DNA of 35,158 nucleotides from Malacoraja senta (taxonomy: Eukaryota), in contig JAXLNO010000435.1 in assembly GCA_038087875.1 (NCBI GenBank), positions 1-35,158 on the forward strand, written 5' to 3'. A program made the translations under genes and the position numbers. Each line of letters opens with the position of its first letter. Within the stretch, counting starts at the first letter, position 1. Shown in pieces: positions 1 through 10,542 of this stretch. Under the pieces are notes generated by a model that worked only from the letters and a program-made list of their open reading frames with translations, was not told the origin of the DNA and did no database searches.

Positions 1-90
1 CACAGTGACGAGCAACCCCGGTGCAAGCGGCATGTACGGTGCGTACGGCTCTTCTCTTGTCATGTCCTCTGTGGCCATTGTTAACACAAC
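1..90 (-). CDS. Candidate exon of a neighbouring minus-strand gene (MATEDMTREEPYAPYMPLAPGLLVTV...), runs off the window
   Basis: On the minus strand: T/C tract (110-130), cag acceptor at 93-91, acaATGG at 78, frame open to base 1. Product not recognised. Confidence 0.3.
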
Positions 91-938
91 CTGCTGCCAG
101 GGCAGATGTTTGAAGGGGGGAAAAAAAAAAGTTGGGTCAAACCACGAAAGAAAAGCTCGAACACTTCCGGACGTTCATCGTGGTCTAGGAGCAGAATTAG
201 GCCATTCGTCCCATCGAGCCGCCTCCGCCATTCAATTGCGACCGCTCTGTCTTTGCCTCTCATTGTGATCATACTTTATTAGCCAAGTGTGTTTTGCAAC
301 ATACGAGGAATTTGATTTGCCGTGCAGTCAACACACAATAAAAAGCAACAGAACACACAAAACACATTTTAACATGAACATCCACCACAGTGACTCCTCC
401 ACATTCCTCACTGTGATGGAAGGAATAAAAAAATTCAATCTCTTCCCTTCTTTGCTCTCCCACGGTCGAGGGCCTCGAGCCCTCCGTTGACGGCATTTGG
501 GCGATCGAGCTCCCACATCGGGGGGGGGGGGGGGTCTCGGCTTCCCCGCGCCGGGCGATCTGACCCGGGTCGGGGCTGGTCGAACCTCCTGTGTCGTTTG
601 GAGCTTCCCGACATCTACGGTCTCTACCCGAGACTGCGAGCTCCTCGATGTTGAGATCCGCAGGCGTCGATCCCAGGCGAGGGATCGCAGGCTCCGGTGG
701 CGAGTCCACGTCCCCGCGGTGGGGGCTCAAAGTCAGTCCCGAGCGAGGCCTCCAGCTCCACGATGTTAGGCCGCAGAGCCACCGGTGATACGACCCGGAA
801 AACAATCGCATCTCCGGCTAGATCTGAGATTAAGAAAAAGTTTCCCGCCGACCCCCTCCCCCCTCCACATAAAACAAACCAGAGAACATTAACACAAACT
901 TTTAATAAATGTTATAAAAAGAACAAAAAGACGGACAG

Positions 939-1076
939 GATGTTTAAGAAGGAACTGCAGATGCTGGAGAATCGAAGGTAAGTCTGAAGAAGGGTTTCGT
1001 CCCGAAACGTCGCCTATTTCCTTCGCACCACAGATGCTGCCTCACCCGCTGAGATTCTCCAGCATTTTTGTCCACC
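939..1076 (+). mobile_element. Short Penelope pLTR-derived element with hammerhead-like core and 15-bp TSD
   Basis: CAAAAAGACGGACAG duplicated at 924-938 and 1077-1091; CTGAAGAAGGGTTTCGTCCCGAAACGTC at 984-1011. Confidence 0.75.
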
Positions 1077-1112
1077 CAAAAAGACGGACAGACCGTTGGC
1101 GGGGCTGCCATC

Positions 1113-1130
1113 GCAGCGCCCCCTGGTGGA
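1113..1130 (-). promoter_or_regulatory. CTCF consensus motif
   Basis: Minus strand reads TCCACCAGGGGGCGCTGC, a near-perfect CTCF core. Confidence 0.55.
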
Positions 1131-1511
1131 TCAGACCCCTATTCTCTCAACCTCAATCTCCCCGTAACCCCTGACAACCGCACTAATCAAGGATCGATCT
1201 ACCTCCAGTGGCAGTGGACACTGGTTGGTGCAATCTAAACATCGCGCTCACCCGACCCCCGGTTATATATGGAGCTGCTGCTGCTGTTTCGTCTGTGCTG
1301 CCTAGTGGCGATCTAACCTTTGTGCTCCTGAGCCCAGTGGAGCCGTCCTCCTACTCAAAGCCTGGCCGAGGATCGACACGGTGGCACGGGCGGTGGTTAC
1401 TACCTCACACCCACATAACGCAGATCACACCCAAAATCAAATCATTTACAGGCGAACAGAAGCCGGGTTTGTGCGTGTGAGGTGCCGGGGGAGGTGTCGT
1501 GACGAACCAGC

Positions 1512-2367
1512 GGTTGATGCTTTCAAGAGAGAGTTAGATAGGGCTCTTAAAAATAGCGGAGTCAGGGGAGATGGCAGGAACGGGGTACTGATTGGGGATG
1601 ATCAGCCATGATCACATTGAATGGCGGTGCTGGCTCGAAGGGCCGAATGGCCTACTCCTGCACCTATTGTCTGTTGTCATTATCTTTCTGCATCTGGAGT
1701 AGCAGCGGAGAATGAAGAGGTTGAGCTATTATTTTCACCAGAGCGGGGACAATCCCAAATTGGCCCTCAAAGCATCAAAGGAGCAAAGCAAATTACAGGG
1801 CCCTGGTGAGACCACACCTGGAGTATTGTGTGCAGTTTTGGTCCCTAGTTTGAGGAACAACATTTTTGCTATTGAGGGAGTGCAGAGTAGGTTCACCTGG
1901 TTAATTCCCGGGATGGCGGGACTGTCATATGCTGAGAGAATGGAGCAGCTGGGCTTGTACACTCTGGAGTTTAGAAGGATGAGAGGATATCTTATTGAAA
2001 CATATAAGATTGTTAATGGTTTGGACACACTAGAGGCAGGAAACATGTTCGTGTTGTTGGGGCGAGTCCAGAATCAGGGGCCACACAGTTTAAGAATAAG
2101 GGGTAAGCCATTTAGAACGGAGACGAGGAAACACTTTTTCACACAGAGAGTGGTGAGTGTGGAATTCTCTGCCTCAGAGGGCGGTGGAGGCCGGTTCTCT
2201 AGATACTTTCAAGAGAGCGCTAGATAGGGCTCTTAAAGATAGCGGAGTCAGGGGATATGGGGAGAAGGCAGGAACGGGGTACTGATTGTGGATGATCAGC
2301 TATAATCACAGTGAATGGTGGTGCTGGCTCGAAGGGCCGAATGGCCTACTCCTGAACCTATTGTCTA
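1512..2367 (+). mobile_element. CR1 (HER1-type) LINE 3' fragments (1512-1675 and 1803-2367)
   Basis: ORF2 C-terminus IEGVQSRFT.LIPGMAGLSYAERMEQLGLYTLEFRRMRG.LIETYKI plus the conserved 3' tail ggctcgaagggccgaatggcctactcctgcacctattgtct. Confidence 0.9.
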
Positions 2368-2459
2368 TAATTAAACTTTGCATCGAATTAAGTCTCTGAA
2401 TCTCAGTTTCCAGCATTGTTCTATGCATCCAAAACACTGCACCAAATCAACGTCTTTGC

Positions 2460-3030
2460 CATGTGTGTGGGAAGGAACTGTAGATGCTGGTTTAAACGGA
2501 AGATAGACACAAAAAACTTGGGTATCTCAGTGGGACAGGCTGGAGAGAAACAGAATTAGTGGAACAGCATTTCACTTGGGCAGCTTACAGCCCAGTGGTA
2601 TGAATATAGATTTCTCTACCTTTAAGTAACCCCGGCATTCCCTCTCTCTCTCTATCCATCCCCCCACCCAAGTCGCATCAGCTTCTCATTTTCACCCACC
2701 AAACAGTTTCGACCCGAAACGTTGCTTATTTCCTTCGCTCCATAGATGCTGCCTCACCCGCTGAGTTTCTCCAGTATTTTTGTCTGCGTTCCATTTTCCA
2801 GCATCTGCAGTTCCTTCTTAAACAAACAGCCAACCTGTTTCCTTTATCATTGTTAGTTTTTGCACATCTTTCATTCATTGTTCTTTATCTCTCCACATCA
2901 CCGTCTATATCTCTCGTTTCCCTTATCCCGAACCAGTCTGAGGAAGGGTCTCGACCCGAAACGTCACCCATTCCTTCTCTCCAGAGATGCTGCCCGTCCC
3001 ACTGAGTTACCCCAGCATTTTGAGTCTATT
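2460..3030. mobile_element. Nested Penelope 3' end/pLTR fragments
   Basis: ttgggcagcttacagcccagtggtatgaat (GIY-YIG C-terminus) and two gacccgaaacgt...gatgctgcc...ctgagtt units. Confidence 0.75.
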
Positions 3031-3106
3031 CACAGTAAGTTTCCAGCATTGTTTTATGCATCCAAAACACTGCACCAATCAATGTTTTAACCAACCTTGT
3101 CTTTGC

Positions 3107-4020
3107 ACGGGTAGACAAAAATGCCAGAGAAACTAAGCGGGTCAGGCAGCATCTATGGAGCGAAGGAATGGGTGATGTTTCGGGTCAAAACCCTTCTTCA
3201 GACTGATGTGGGGGTTGGGGGGGGGGGGCGGAAGAAGAAAGGAAGAGGCGGAGACAGTGGGCTGTGGGAGAGCTGGGAAGGGGAGGGGAAAGGGAGAAAG
3301 CAGGGACTACCTGAAATTGGAGAAGTCAATGTTCATACCGCTGGGGTGTAAACTACCCAAGCGAAATATGAGGTGCTGCTCCTCCAATTTACGGTGGGAC
3401 TCACTCTGGCCATGGAGGAGGCCCAGGACAGAAAGGTCAGATTCGGAATGGGAGGGGGAGTTGAAGTGCTGAGCCACCGGGAGATCAGGTTGGTTATTGC
3501 GAACCGAGCGGAGGTGTTGGGCGAAGCGATCGCCGAGCCTACGCATGGTCTCACCGATGTAGATCAGCTGACACTTAGAGCAGCGGATGCAATAGATGAG
3601 GTTGGAGGAGGTGCAGGTGAACCTCTGCCTCACCTGGAAAGACTGCTTGGGTCCTTGGATGGAGTCAAGGGGGGAGGTAAAGCGACAAGTGTAGCATTTC
3701 CTGCGGTTGCAAGGGAAAGTGCCCGGAGAGGGGGTGGTGCGGGTGGGAAGGGGCGAATTGACCAGGGAGTTATGGAGGGAGCGGTCTCTGCGGAAAGCAG
3801 ACAGGGGAGGAGATGGGAAGATGTGGCCAGTGGTGGGATCCCGTTGGAGGTGGCGAAAATGTCGGAGGATTATCTGTTGTATGTGACGGCTGGTAGGGTG
3901 GAAGGTGAGGACAAGAGGGACTCTGCCCTTATTACGAGTGGGGGGGGGATGGGGAGTGAGAGCAGAGTTACGGGGTATAGAAGAGACCCTGGTGAGAGCC
4001 TCATCTATAGTGGAAGATAG
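3107..4020 (-). mobile_element. Penelope-like retroelement, 5'-truncated, GIY-YIG endonuclease region plus pLTR
   Basis: ORF 3307-4016: PCNRRKCYTC...NLIYCIRCSKCQLIYIGET.RRLGDRFAQH...HFN...LEEQHLIFRLGSLHPSGMN; GTCTTTGC duplicated at 3099-3106 and 4021-4028. Confidence 0.92.
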
Positions 4021-4442
4021 GTCTTTGCTACTAAAACTCTGCACCGACCTTAGTCCCTCACTCCCAGTTGCCATCTTTGTTTGTGCAATCTTCTCGCAGG
4101 TCCTTGTCGCAAGTGTAAACATTTGCCTTGCAGCTTAAAACACGAGTGGCCTGGGTTAGTTCCCCCTGGAGGGACAAATACCAGGTCTCCAATCCCTCTG
4201 CTGCTAAATCTTGCAGAGCAGTAGTACCACAAGTTGGTAACCTAGTTAAAGTCTAGTAACCTTTTAACCCCCAGCCTTGCCTTGTCCATCCAAACCACAG
4301 CACCAACCAATGGTTTAAACCAGCCTTGCCTTTTGCAACTAATACTTTGCACAAACTTAAGTCCACCCATAGATATGTCAACCAGAAGCTACCAACCTGG
4401 AAATTATTCCATTCCGCACGGCACTTCATTAGCACTTTCTAA

Positions 4443-4592
4443 AGGGCCTGTCCCACATGGGCGTCATTTGCGCGTCACGCAGGTGGTGCGAGAGGATTTT
4501 GAGCATCCCAAAATCCTGGGGCGCCGCACGCCACCACGCACCAACCAATTTTTTGGATGTCGCACAAATGACGCCCAGGTGGGACAGGCCCT
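4443..4592. mobile_element. MITE (PIF/Harbinger-like), 150 bp
   Basis: TIRs AGGGCCTGTCCCACATGGGCGTCATTTG / CAAATGACGCCCAGGTGGGACAGGCCCT. Confidence 0.8.
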
Positions 4593-4659
4593 TTGCTCGT
4601 TTTTCTTCTAGACAGCAAGCGATTGGAATACCCTACCAGCCAACATCAGAGATCTCCAA

Positions 4660-5811
4660 AACATCAACACATCATCAAGTATGCAGATGATACAACGGTG
4701 ATTGGCCTCATCAGCAACAACGATGAGTCGGCCTATAGGGAGGAGGTCCAGCTCCTAGCAGCATGGTGCGCTGACAACAACCTGGCCCTTAACTCCAAGA
4801 AGACCAAGGAGCTCATTGTAGACTTCAGGAAGTCTAGGGGCGGCACGCACACCCCCATCCACATTAACGGGACGGAGGTGGAACGTGTTTCCAGCTTCAG
4901 GTTCCTGGGGGTCAACATCTCCGATGACCTCTCTTGGACCCACAATACCTCAACTCTGGTCAAGAAGGGCTCACCAGCATCTCTTCTTCCTGAGGAGACT
5001 AAAGAAGGTCCATCTGTCTCCTCAGATTCTGGTGAACTTCTACCGCTGCACCATCGAGAGCATCCTTACCAACTGCATCACAGTATGGTATGGCAACTGC
5101 TCTGTCTCCGACCGGAAAGCACTGCAGAGGGTGGTGAAAACTGCCCAACGCATCACCGGTTCCTCACTCCCACCATTGAGTCTGTCCAAAGCAAGGGGGA
5201 AATCCTTTAAGACCGAGATGAGGAAAAACATTTTTCACACAGAGAGTGGTGAATCTCTGGAACTCTCTGCCACAGAGGGTAGTTGAGGCCAGTTCATTGG
5301 CTATATTTAAGAGGGAGTTAGATGTGGCCCTTGTGGCTAAGGGGATCAGGGGGTATGGAGAGAAGGCCGGTACGGGATACTGAGTTGGATGATCAGCCAT
5401 GATCATATTGAATGGCGGTGCAGGCTCGAAGGGCCGAATGGCCTACTCCTGCACCTATTTTCTATGTTTCTATGTTTCTATGTAAGCGTTGTCTGCGAAG
5501 GGCGCTCAGCATCGCCAAGGACCGCTCTCACCCCAACCACAGACTGTTTACCCTCCTACCATCCGGGAGGCGCTACAGGTCTCTCCGTTGCCGGAGCAGC
5601 AGGTCCAGGAACAGCTTCTTCCCTGCGGCTGTTACACTACTCAACACTGTACCTCGGTGACTGCCAATCACCCCCCCCCCCCTCCCTGGCTACCAATTAC
5701 TGCTCATATTTATGTCGCTCTTCTAGGGAGATGCTAACTGCATTTCGTTGTCTCTGTACTGTACACTGCACAATGACAATAAAGTTGAATCTGAATCTGA
5801 ATCTGAATCTG
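4660..5811 (+). mobile_element. Rex1/Babar-type LINE, 5'-truncated RT C-terminus, with nested CR1 3' end
   Basis: KYADDTTVIGLISNNDESAYREEV...WC..NNL.LN..KTKELIVDFRK; NFYRCTIESILT; LLPSGRRYRS; 3' AATAAA plus (TGAATC)n tail at 5786-5811. Confidence 0.88.
5194..5482 (+). mobile_element. CR1 3' fragment inserted into the Rex/Babar element
   Basis: CR1 3' UTR ending in (tttctatg)n; host reading resumes at aagcgttgtctg (KRCLRRA). Confidence 0.85.
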
Positions 5812-5929
5812 ACATACAAAGACGCAACTCCAAAAGCATCTACATCTCGACTAGCACGTCCACCAGCTGAGTGCTGTTCTACCTAGAGCTTTTCAGCGTA
5901 CGACATCCACATCCAGACCAGATCCCTAA

Positions 5930-6504
5930 AGGCTCTGTCTTACGGTGTTGCGGTCATCGGCGGTGAAGCGCGGCTTCGCCTGTAGAGTGGACCGCACGGC
6001 AACGGCGAGAGCGCCGAGCCTATGCCACGGGAGCGCCGCACGGATGCTGCGCGGGGGCCGAGTGATTTAAATACGGCTGGTCTCACGTGCTTGCGGTAAG
6101 TAATAAAAAGGGCGGGCCGACTGCGATGACGTCGGCCCGCCGCACGTGACTCACGAGCGGCGGCTGTGGCGGCGGCCGTCCTGATCGCGGCGCTGTAGCG
6201 GTGGCTGTGCCAGCGGCCGTGCCGCACACGTGCCTCACTGGCGGAGGCTGTGACGGTGCAAGTTCGACGCACGGCGCCCGAGCCACACTGGTGGCGGCGG
6301 CCGTGCCGCACCCGTGCATCACTGGTGGAGGCTGTGCGGTAGGAAAATATTTTTGAACAGTGTAGGTTTTATTTTAGCACCGTGCGGTGTTGGGAACAAC
6401 GCCGCACGGCCCCGGAATTGTGCGTTCTCACGAGTGCGCGGTCTATGGCGGCAGATTCTTCCGTTTCGCCGCCAATGACCGCAATGACTCGTGAGACAGG
6501 TCTT
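5930..6504. mobile_element. CpG-rich non-autonomous DNA transposon (Harbinger-like MITE)
   Basis: Imperfect ~40-bp TIRs AGGCTCTGTCTTACGGTGTTGCGGTCATCGGCGGTGAAGCG / CGTTTCGCCGCCAATGACCGCAATGACTCGTGAGACAGGTCTT; flanked by TAA/TTA; internal GCGGCCGTGCCGCAC repeats. Confidence 0.75.
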
Positions 6505-7028
6505 TTACCCCCCAGTTTGTACAACGAAAGCTGCATCGACGCAAGCCCCGAACCCAGAGTCACCAGCCTGCTTGGTGTGGAGGAAGGAACTGCACACGCT
6601 GGTGGTTTAAACCGAAGACAGACACAAAAAAGCTGGAGTAACTCAGCGGGACAGGCAGCATCTCTGGAGAGAAGCAATGGGTGGCGTTTCAGGTTGAGCC
6701 CCTTTGTGCATCCAGAACTTGCAGCAAGGATGCAATCTCCCCAGGCCCATGCAACGGGTGTAAACTTTTGCATTGTTGCTTAAAACGTGAACAGCAGGGT
6801 TGGTTCCACCTCAGGAGGATGGGGAGGGGGAGGGGGATCGAGACCCCCCACACCCACCCACACCTCTGCTGCCAACTCTTCCAGAGTACCGCACCAACCC
6901 AACCTTCAACTCCTAGTTTCCAGCCTTGCATTTCGCGTCCAAAACACTGCACCGACCAATGTTTTAACCAGCCTCGTCTTTGCAACTAAACCTTTGCACC
7001 GACCCATGTCCCATCTTACCAGCCTTCT

Positions 7029-8014
7029 GCTCCCAGGATGAGGCGTTCCACACCAGGGCATCTGAAATGTCCTCATTCTTCAGGGAACGGGGGTTCCCCT
7101 CCTCCACCATAGATGAGGCTCGCACCAGGGTTCTCTGCCATACCCCACAACACTGCTCTCTCTCCCCATCCCCCACTCACAACAAGGGCAGAGTCCCCCT
7201 AGTCCTCACCTTTCACCCCACCAGCCGTCACATACAACAAGTGATCCTCCGTCAGTTTCGCCACCTCCAACGTGACCCCACCACTCGCCACATCTTCCCA
7301 TCCCCCCCCCATGTCTGCCTTCCGCAAAGACCGCTCTCTCCATAACTCCCTTGTCAATTCTTCCCTTCCCTCCCATACCACCCCCTCCCTGGTACTTTCC
7401 CTTGCAACCGCAAGAGATGCAACACTTGTCCCTTCACCTCCCCCCTCCACTCCATTCAAGGACCCAAGCAGTCGTTCCAGGTGCGACAGAGGTTCACCTG
7501 CATCTCCTCCAACCTCATCTATTGCATTCGCTGCTCTAGATGCCAGCTGATCTACATCGGTGAGACCAAGCGGAGGCTTGGCGATCGTTTCGCCGAACAC
7601 CTCTGGTCGGTCCGCAATAGCCAACCTGAACTCCCGGTGACTCAGCACTTCAACTCCCCCTCCATTCCGTATCTGACCTCTCTGTCTGGGTCTCCTCCAT
7701 GGCCACAGCGAGCAACACCGTAAATTGGAGGAAATGCACCTCATATTCCGCTTGGGCAGTCTACATCCTGGTGGCTTGAACAATTGAATTCTCCCAATTC
7801 TGCTAGCCCTTGCTGTCTCCTCCCTTCATCAGCCCTCTGGTTGTCTCCTCCCCTCCCCCAGCCCTCGGGCTCCTCCTCCGCCTTTTCCTTTTTCCTTTCT
7901 TCTCCCCACCCCCTATCAGTCTGAAGAAGGGTTTCGGCCCGAAACGTTACCTATTTCCTTCGCTCCATAGATGCTGCTGCACCCGCTGAGTTTCTGCAGC
8001 ATTTTTGTGTACCC
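7029..8014 (+). mobile_element. Penelope-like retroelement, 5'-truncated, frameshifted GIY-YIG region plus pLTR
   Basis: NLIYCIRCSRCQLIYIGETKRRLGDRFAEH; TACCAGCCTTCT duplicated at 7017-7028 and 8015-8026; hammerhead-like core at 7921-7950. Confidence 0.92.
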
Positions 8015-8229
8015 TACCAGCCTTCTTTATGGAACCAAAACGCTGCACCGACCCAAATTTTAACCACTCTTGTTTTATTTTTGCAACTAAAACTTTGAAC
8101 TCAGCCTGATTTCCAGCCTTGCTTTACGCGTCCAAAACGCTGCACCGACCAATGTATTAACCAGCCTCGTCTTTGCTACTGAACCTTTGCACCGCCCCTA
8201 GTCCCTAACCCCCAGTCCACAAGATCATC

Positions 8230-8592
8230 ATACGTTTAAGAAAGAACTGCAGATGCTGGAAAGATTGAAGGTAGACAAAAATGCTGGAGAAACTCAGCGG
8301 GCGAGGCAGCCATCTATGGAGAGAAGGGAATAGGCGACGTTTCAGACTGAAGATTTCACTATCACTTATCATAAGTGTTAGGAGTAGAATCGGCCATTCG
8401 GCCGTCCAGTCTCCTCCGCCATTCAATCACGGCTCTCCTCGTCACCCCATTCTCCTGCCTTCTCCCCATAACCCGACACCCAATTTCCACCCAGCTGCCT
8501 GAAGAAGGGTCTCGACCCGAAATGTCACCCATTCCTTCCCTCCACAGATGCTGCCTGTCCCGCTGAGTGACTCCAGCATTTTGTGTCTACCA
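8230..8592. mobile_element. Inverted Penelope pLTR fragments around a CR1 tail piece
   Basis: gtttaagaaagaactgcagatgctgg... (minus) and ctgaagaagggtctcgacccgaaatgtc... (plus, 8499). Confidence 0.7.
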
Positions 8593-8931
8593 CCCAATGT
8601 CCAGCCTTGTTTGATCTATCCAGCCTTGCTTGCTTCGTGCATCCAACAGACAGCACCGATCAAAGCCTCGTCTTTGCCACTAAAACTTTGCATCGACCCA
8701 AGTCCCTCACTCCCACGTTTACCAGCCTGATTCGTGCAACTAAAACTCTGCTACCGATTTTTTTTCCCCTCTTAACTCTTGCTCTTGCTTCTTTCGCAAC
8801 TAAAACTTTGCACAGACTGGTCGTCCCAATTACCAGCCAGCCAGCAGCCCCTTTGGGTTTTCGTGCGTCCAGAATTCCCGGCAAAAGGTGCAATCTTCTC
8901 GCAGGTCCATGCAACGAGCGTCAACTTTTGC

Positions 8932-9034
8932 TTGGTACACAAAAATGCTGGAGAAACTCAGCGGGTGCAGCAGCATCTATGGAGCGAAGGAAATAGGTAA
9001 CGTTTCGGGCCGAAACCCTTCTTCAGACCCTTCC
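8932..9034 (-). mobile_element. 103-bp Penelope pLTR-derived element with hammerhead-like core and 11-bp TSD
   Basis: TCAACTTTTGC duplicated at 8921-8931 and 9035-9045; minus strand CTGAAGAAGGGTTTCGGCCCGAAACGTTAC. Confidence 0.78.
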
Positions 9035-9169
9035 TCAACTTTTGCATTGCAGCTTTAAACGGATGGGTGGGTCACCACCACCACCACCCAGATACCAGGC
9101 CTCCATCTCTCTGCTGCCAACTCTTGCAGACCAGGCGAGGTCCCTTTAAAAGGGTCTTTGTTTCCATTT

Positions 9170-9285
9170 CGGTGAGTCACCGGTGACGTCACAACTCTGC
9201 CCCATTGTATGACGTCATTGAGAGAGAGGAGGCGGGTCTGTCCTCGGCCCCGCCCACCCCACCCAGCTGGCTGGGGCGGGGCTTC
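9170..9285 (+). promoter_or_regulatory. Promoter of the PPP1R2-like gene: AP-1, two full CRE sites, two GC boxes
   Basis: TGAGTCA 9173-9179; TGACGTCA 9184-9191 and 9210-9217; GGCCCCGCCC 9246-9255; GGGGCGGGGC 9273-9282; 220-330 bp upstream of the ATG in non-repeat DNA. Confidence 0.75.
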
Positions 9286-9504
9286 AAGCCAGGGCAATGA
9301 GTGCCTTGGGTTCCCCATGGAGCAAGCCTAGGAAGACCAAGGGAAGGTCCTGAACCACCATCCCCACCCAGATCCAGAATTCCTTCGGAGCCCAAGGAGA
9401 TTCCCCTCTCCCCCTTCCCTCTCCTCCTTCCCCTTCCCTCGTACCCCGGCCGGCGGCGGCGCTCTCTGTCTCTCTCCCTCCACCCTCCTCCACCTCTGCG
9501 GGCC

Positions 9505-9587
9505 ATGGACAAACCGGTCAAGAGCATACTCAAGAAGGCCAGCAGCTCCGACTTGCTGAAAGGGAGGAGGCCTTCAGAGGATGACAG
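9505..9587 (+). CDS. PPP1R2: PPP1R2-like coding exon 1 (MDKPVKSILKK...SEDD, SILK motif)
   Basis: Strong Kozak gccATGG at 9505; PVKSILK matches the I-2 PIKGILK motif; donor AG|gtgaga at 9588 (phase 2). Confidence 0.88.
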
Positions 9588-9769
9588 GTGAGACCCTCGA
9601 AAGGGGGGTGGACGCGAGAAAGGTGGAGTAACCCAGCGGGTCGGGCAGCATCTCTGGAGAAGAGGAACGGGTGGCGTTATGGGGCCGAGACCCTTCTTCA
9701 GACTGACACTTCCTTCAAACTCATAACCCCCAAACCTTGCCTCACCCACACCTCCCGGAAATCGACAGC

Positions 9770-10470
9770 ATCTTGATTAGTGCGGGTGTCAGGGGTTAAG
9801 GGGAGACGGCAGGAGAATCGGGTTGAGAGGGAGAGATCGATCAGCCACGATTGAATGGCGGAGTAGACCATGATGGGCCGAATGGGTCCTATTCTGCTCT
9901 CACAGAATCCTATTCTCACAGAGAGCTGTGAGTCTGTGGAATTCTCTGCCTCAGAGGGCGGTGGAGGCCGGTTCTCTGGATAATTTCAAGAGAGAGCTAG
10001 ATAGGGCTCTTGAAGATAGCGGAGTCAGGGGGATATGGGGAGAAGGCAGGAACGGGGTGCTGATTGGGGATGATCAGCCATGATCACATTGAATGGCGGA
10101 GCTGGCTCGAAGTGCCGAATGGCCTACTCCTGCACCTATTGTCTATTGAGATGTGCGGGATAGGTTTTTTCCACAGAGGGTGGTGGGTGCCTGGAACGCA
10201 CTGCCAGGGTGGTGGTGGAGGCAGATACGATAGTGGTGTTTAAGAGACTTTAGGTAAATGCAGGGAATGGAGGGATACGGATCACGTGCAGGGAGATAAG
10301 TGATGGTCTCGGCATCATGTTCGGCACAGACGTTGTGGGCCGAAGGGCCTGTTCTAGTGCTATACTGCTATGTTCTATATAAAATTATGAGTCATAGATA
10401 GCGTAGACAGTAAAAATCTTTTTCCCCAAGGTGGAAATGCCAGAGGGCATAGCTTTAAGGTGAGAGGAGG
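9770..10470 (+). mobile_element. Cluster of CR1 3' fragments (several subfamilies)
   Basis: Tails gatgggccgaatgg, gaagtgccgaatggcctactcc and gtgggccgaagggcctgtt. Confidence 0.8.
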
Positions 10471-10542
10471 CACGTTTTCTAACAATTCTTCCTCCTTTAA
10501 GACCTTCCTTAAAATACACTTTAAAGCTGATTGTTTGCAGAT

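Larger units (their letters stand above)
270..1130 (-). mobile_element. Non-coding interspersed repeat (non-autonomous LINE/SINE-like), interrupted by a Penelope-derived unit
   Basis: Minus-strand AATAAAGT 3' end whose flank resembles the LINE tails at 29060 and 32004; CpG-rich body; no coding capacity. Confidence 0.45.
2370..9132 (+). repeat. Degenerate tandem array (~45-50 bp subunits in ~3 higher-order blocks) interrupted by TEs
   Basis: Recurrent CCAGCCTT..GCATCCAAAACACTGCACCGACCAATGTTTTAA and TCTTTGCAACTAAAACTTTGCACCGACC at about 2405, 3040, 4021, 4272, 6920, 8017, 8112 and 8620; shared block ends at about 4085-4220, 6730-6885 and 8890-9130. Confidence 0.7.

Noticed and set aside
3307..4122. 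Domesticated GIY-YIG nuclease gene (271 aa ORF)
   Set aside because: 5'-truncated Penelope copy with TSD and pLTR; the N-terminal ~35 aa come from flanking array DNA, and sibling copies are decayed.
5930..6504. CpG-island promoter or GC-rich ORFs
   Set aside because: Bounded by terminal inverted repeats; it is a MITE interior.
2370..9132. CRISPR-like repeat-spacer array
   Set aside because: Vertebrate DNA, degenerate units, irregular spacing caused by TE insertions, no cas genes.
9301..9504. Pro-rich N-terminal extension of exon 1
   Set aside because: The ORF-track start is GTG, not ATG; the ATG at 9505 has a strong Kozak context and aligns with the I-2 N-terminus.
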